Assembly (NCBI RefSeq): GCF_006345805.1 | Contig: NC_043020.1 | Coordinates: 19,964,001 to 20,028,000, forward strand | Length of the DNA: 64,000 nt | Direction of reading: 5' to 3' | Source: Octopus sinensis | Lineage: Eukaryota | Shown here: positions 1-64,000 of the stretch, in pieces | How the letters are laid out: each line of letters begins with the position of its first letter | Position numbering within the stretch: the stretch's first letter is position 1 | Program-made: the position numbers and the translations under genes | Notes under the pieces: model-generated | Told to the model about the DNA's origin: nothing | The model's database searches: none | What the model saw: the letters and a program-made list of their open reading frames with translations, nothing else

Positions 1-282
1 AATATTTATTCTTTGCAATCAATTTAAGCAGAGTTGTTACAATTTCTGTACTCTCAGCTTCTTATTAGATAAACTTCCTCCATGGCAACTCAACTACATC
101 ATCCTCTATGACTTCTTCTATGACGTCATTTGTAAGTGTACACTTCCTGCTTGTGGAAAATTTATAAAGTCACAGATACAGTCTGGCTATATATTTTTGA
201 GATCCATGCACCCAAGAGCTGTCCATTTTAAGCACCACATTAGCTCTATAAAAAGAAAAAGGTCTGATCAGTCGATGGGGTT

Positions 283-450
283 ACTTGATTTAATTTTCTC
301 TCTACTCTCATATATTGTTCTCACTGTAGACATTGCAAGCTTTAAAGGTTTGGCACTGCAGTTAACTTTTTTGCCTGCATCAAATCTTTTTAAAGCATCA
401 AGTTTAACATCCAGTGGAATGCTTTTATGGTTTCCTTTTACACTACTTAC
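283..450 (-). mobile_element. Tigger/pogo-type transposase remnant (CENP-B-like N-terminal HTH)
   Basis: Minus frame reads KGNHKSIPLDVKLDALKRFDAGKKVNCSAKPLKLAMSTVRTIYESREKIK, the pattern of pogo/Tigger N-terminal HTH domains; no TIR found. Confidence 0.6.
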
Positions 451-920
451 TCCCAGATTTCTTGAATTGTAGGTAAATCCAACAGTAGCCAGTGATCAAC
501 AACTATACACAATAATTATGTAGTAGAAAGAACAGCTTTGTGAGAGTAAAACATTACTTGTCTGATTCCTATGAGTGTAAGAATGGAAATAAGAAGATGA
601 AAGGATGACGGAGTGAAGTGAGAAAAAGTACTGATTACAGTTAACACACTATGTTGACATTTAACATATACAGCTGTATATTATGCTGATATTATAATTG
701 TTGCCAATCAGTTATTCAAAAGTTAGTAGGTTGGTTGTATTGGTTTTTAAAGTATTGATGATGGGGGTGGAGCTATTGCATGTGGTGGCAGTGAACATAT
801 TGTTCATGTTAATTGTATAGGTATTGGAATAGTTTTAAACCAATTCTAAATGAGCAAAGATCAAAGACATTTCATTCAACACTTAAAATGCACTACAGTA
901 CCACGTTATCTCATGTGATT

Positions 921-1125
921 CATCATCATCATCATCATCGTGATTTAACATCCATTTTCCATGCTGGCATGGGTTGAACAATTTGACAAATGCTGACAAG
1001 CTGGAGAGCTGCATCAGGCTCCAATTGTCTATCTTGGCAAGATTTCTATCGCTTGATGCCCTTCCTAATGCCAACCACTTTACTGAGTGTACTGGATGCT
1101 TTTACATTACACAGCAAGGGTGTTT
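921..1125 (-). mobile_element. RTE 3'-tail fragment ((CAT)n then tttccatgctggcatgggttg...gatgcccttcctaatgccaacc)
   Basis: Reverse complement of the tail at 7330-7497 and 20080-20253. Similar fragments at about 4808-5000, 10215-10560, 15393-15760, 54355-54480, 61243-61400 (-) and 47475-47710 (+). Confidence 0.8.
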
Positions 1126-1650
1126 TTTTTTAATCTAAAATGAAGATGCTTATCTTGTTATTATTAGTGGTCATTAAGGAATTGCTGTATTGGTAATGGC
1201 AGTGGTTGTACTGGCTTTGGTATTGATGCTGGTTGTGATAGTGATGATAGATAGAAGTAGTAGAGGTAGTGATGGTGTATGTGTGCTTATGTAGATATAT
1301 GAATAGACAGTTACTCATTATGACCTAAGAAAATATACATAAAAAAAATTCAGTGAAAAATTTCATCCCACACTCCATATCTAAAGTGATGTGTGTGTGT
1401 GTGTGTGCACAAGTTGTGATTATAGGTTGTTTTTCAAATTAACTACTTTGATCCTTAGCTAAATCAGCAAGAAGTGATCTTTTTCTGAAGAAATGTAGTT
1501 TTTAGAGTCTCAAAATTTATCCAAGTTTTCATAAGATTGAAATTAGAGACCATATCCTGAAATTAGGAGTCATACTTTACAATTTACATAAGCACAAAAT
1601 CACATAACCTCAGGTAGCCATAATGCAGGGGATACCTGGACCCACTCACT

Positions 1651-1966
1651 GAAGGCACGTGGCTTAGTGGTCAGGATATTCAGCTCACAATCGTATGGTC
1701 GTGAGTTCAATTCCTGGCAGCATGTTGTACCCTTGAGTAAGACACTTTATTTTACATTGCTCCACTCCACTCAGCCGGCAAAAATGAGTTTTATCTGTAA
1801 TACAAAGGGCCAGCCTTGTCACATTCTATGACACACTGAATCTCCTTGAGGACTATGTTAAGGGTACAGGTGTCTGTGGAATGCTCAGCCACTTGTAGGT
1901 TAATTTCACAGACAGTTCAGTTGATCAGATCAACTGGAGCTCCCATTGTCGTAACTGACAGAATGT
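1651..1966 (+). mobile_element. tRNA-derived SINE, family A (body gctcagccacttg...gttgatcagatcaactgg)
   Basis: A-box gtggcttagtgg and B-box gagttcaattcc. Other copies at about 15769-16065 (+), 5370-5665 (-, joined to a LINE), 46891-47218 (-), 14590-14780 (partial). Confidence 0.8.
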
Positions 1967-2295
1967 AAGTTATTTAAACCTGTATCCACTACATGGTAGT
2001 TAACATTAGGAGTATACTTTTAACACTGTAGGTAATATCAGGTAACATTGCATAGACACAAGAATTATAATGTTACTGTTTCCTAATGTCATAGTACAGA
2101 CAGGGAATCCAGCTTCAGTAACATATTTGTTTAATTCATGCTGAGTATGGAAAAAAAAAGAACAAACAAGATATAGTATATTGCTGCTCTGCAATATTAC
2201 TACTAGCAACTAGCAAACGATAAGCTATGCATTGTCCTAGAGTTAATCCAGTCAGTTACATGTGATAGCTATAGATAGATGGGTACAGTGCTTAC

Positions 2296-61802
<59,507 letters not shown>

Positions 61803-61872
61803 CTGAAATTATAAACAAAAATAGACAACTGACAAGAACTGACTTTAAACTAATAAAAAGCATAAACCCAAG

Positions 61873-61922
<50 letters not shown>

Positions 61923-61934
61923 CATATATATTTA

Positions 61935-63224
61935 CGAGGGGCGTTCAATAAGTAATGCCCCTGACCCACTTGCAGTTGTTTGATCTAGCTAAAATTTTGC
62001 ATGTGCAATTATTTATATCTCTATAGATTAAGTTGCAAATTACAGCTCTGAACTAATTGTGGTTTCTGATTTACAGGTATTTGAACTGAGTCAAGTGGGA
62101 AATGGAGCCTGTTGAGTGTCGAGCAGTGATCCGGTTTTTGTATTTGAAAGGACGCACACCACGGGGGACTTTTGATGAAATGAAAGTAACTTATGGTGAT
62201 GATGCCCCATCATATGAACTTGTAAAACGCTGGCATCGTGAATTCAAACATGGTCGGAACTCTGTGGAAACAGCTCCCAGATCTGGTCGCCCCCTTCTGC
62301 CATTGATAAGGCATCTGTCCGTCAAGTTGAGGCTGTCATTTTGGAAGATCGACGCATAACTATTCGCCAAATAGCGCATGAGGTCAAGATTAGCACCGGG
62401 TCTGTGGAAACTATCATTCATGACCATTTGCATATGCAAAAGATGTCTGCCAGATGGATTCCTAGGTTGCTCACACCTTTCCAGAAGCAAGAACACGTCG
62501 AGTGCTCGAGGATGAATTTGGAGATGTGCCAAGATGATGAGTCAAAATTTTTCAAAAGACTGATTACACAGGATGAAACCTGGGTCCATCCCTATGATCC
62601 AGAGACCAAACCCAGTCAATGCAGTGGAAGCACCGTGACTCACCTCCTCCAAAGAAGGCAAGGGTACAGCCCTCCGCTGGCAAGGTCATGCTCACAGTCT
62701 TCTGGGACCAGGACGGAGTAATGATGACAGATTTCCTGGCAAAGGGTGCCACAATTACAGGAGTCTATTATGCTTCACTTTTGAGGAAATTAAGAGAAGC
62801 TATCAAAATCAAGAGGCGGGGCAAGATCAGCAAAGTCATCCTACTCCTGCAGGACAACGCTCCGATCCACAACTTGAATGTCGCCAGATCAGAAGCACAG
62901 GCGTGCGGCTATGAACTCATCCCCCATTCCCTTTCTCTCCTGACCTTGCACCCTCTGATTTTCACCTCTTCCCAGCCATGAAGTTGTTTTTGAAAGGAAA
63001 GCGTTTCCCAGATGATGCAGCCTTGATTTCTGAAGTCACGTCGTGGTTGGAGGACCAAGCTGGGGTCTACTACAAAAACGGTCTTCAGAGCTGCATCAAA
63101 GAATGGGAGAAATGCGTAACTCTGGGTGGTTCCTATGTAGAAAAAGACTAATAACTGTGCCAAGTTTCGTTGCTCTACTGCTATGGGAAGTGGGTCAGGG
63201 GCATTACTTATTGAACGCTCCTCG
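61935..63224 (+). mobile_element. Full-length mariner transposon (1290 bp) with frameshifted transposase
   Basis: 37-bp TIRs CGAGG(G/A)GCGTTCAATAAGTAATGCCCCTGACCCACTT, TA on both sides; motifs ARWIPRLLT, ITQDETWV, LLQDNAP, SPDLAPSDF; ORF split into several frames. Confidence 0.95.
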
Positions 63225-64000
63225 TATAATGGGCATCTTCAGTTTCCATCAACCAATTTCACTCACAAGGCTTTGATTGGCCTGGGGTTATATCAGAAGA
63301 CACTTGCCAAAGATACCACAGTGGGAGTGAAACTGAAACAACATTATATGATTACTATTAAGGCAGCAAGTTGGCAGAATCATTAGCACACCAGGCAAAT
63401 GCTTAGCAGTATTTCATGTCCTTATATTCTGAGTTCAAATTTTGCCAAGGCCAATTTTGTCTTTCATCCTTTTGGGGTCGATAAATAAGTAGGAGGTGAG
63501 GGGGGGGGGCAATGTAATCAACTAAACCCTTCCTCCAAAACTGCTGGCCTTGTGCCAAAATTTGAAACCATTATTATAATCAATTACCAGAAGTTACTAA
63601 AGTGCTGATAGTTTCATATCTTGACATTTACCAAACTGGTTTAAAATATGAGAGAGAGAAAGAGGAAGGCTTAAGCATGGCTGTGTGGTATGGAGTTTGC
63701 TTGTCAACCACACTGTATGGCACCTTAGGCAAGTGTCTTCTTATAGCCCAAGACTGACCAAAGCCTTGTGGGTGAATTTGGCAGACAGAAACTGACAGAA
63801 GCCTGACATACGTGTGTGTGTGTGTTACTGCCTTGACTTTGCACGACATGCAAGTGGGGGGGGGTCTTTCTTTTCCAATCATCAATGAAAATGTGTCTGG
63901 TCATGGGGAAATATTACCTTACTTTTGAAACAGGTGAGTTGGGGAAAGGAAACCATAGACAAATCCACCTCAACAAGTTCCATCAGATCCATGCAAACAA

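Noticed and set aside
1651-1725. tRNA genes at SINE heads
   Set aside because: A/B boxes are present but there is no complete cloverleaf and each runs into a repeated SINE body.
480-2290. Next raptor exon (SVNGDVRIFDPR-like)
   Set aside because: No matching frame found; the strong acceptor near 2150 gives an immediate in-frame stop. The 3' exons must lie beyond the window.
61810-64000. Upstream raptor exon (LPADLFTSCLTTP-like)
   Set aside because: Not found; the region is mariner, SINE and microsatellite sequence.

Overview
AT-rich, repeat-dense animal DNA, most likely a coleoid cephalopod such as Octopus (inferred from the SINE/RTE/(AT)n landscape; no database search was possible). The window is the interior of one large minus-strand gene, Raptor (RPTOR, mTORC1 scaffold). 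I hand-assembled 23 GT-AG exons between 61802 and 2296 (3108 nt, one continuous frame, about 1035 codons) covering the end of the RNC domain, the HEAT/armadillo region, the phospho-linker and most of the WD40 propeller; both gene ends lie outside the window. Introns hold RTE-clade LINE copies, several tRNA-derived SINE families, three mariner transposons, MITEs, a Gypsy remnant, a Helentron-like element, a Tigger remnant, large microsatellites and a 100-N gap. Best leads: (1) two Penelope-type minimal hammerhead ribozyme motifs in the sense strand of raptor introns, one forming the tail of a tRNA-headed SINE; (2) a C4HC3 PHD finger inside the RT region of the RTE family; (3) a 97-bp raptor exon copy fused to one monomer of a nearby 21-bp minisatellite; (4) several long fold-backs that would give intronic dsRNA; (5) Tc1/mariner ends clustered just upstream of 3' splice sites; (6) a 75-nt symmetric exon carrying an AMPK-consensus site. 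Exon and TIR coordinates were counted by hand to the base; most other repeat boundaries are approximate.
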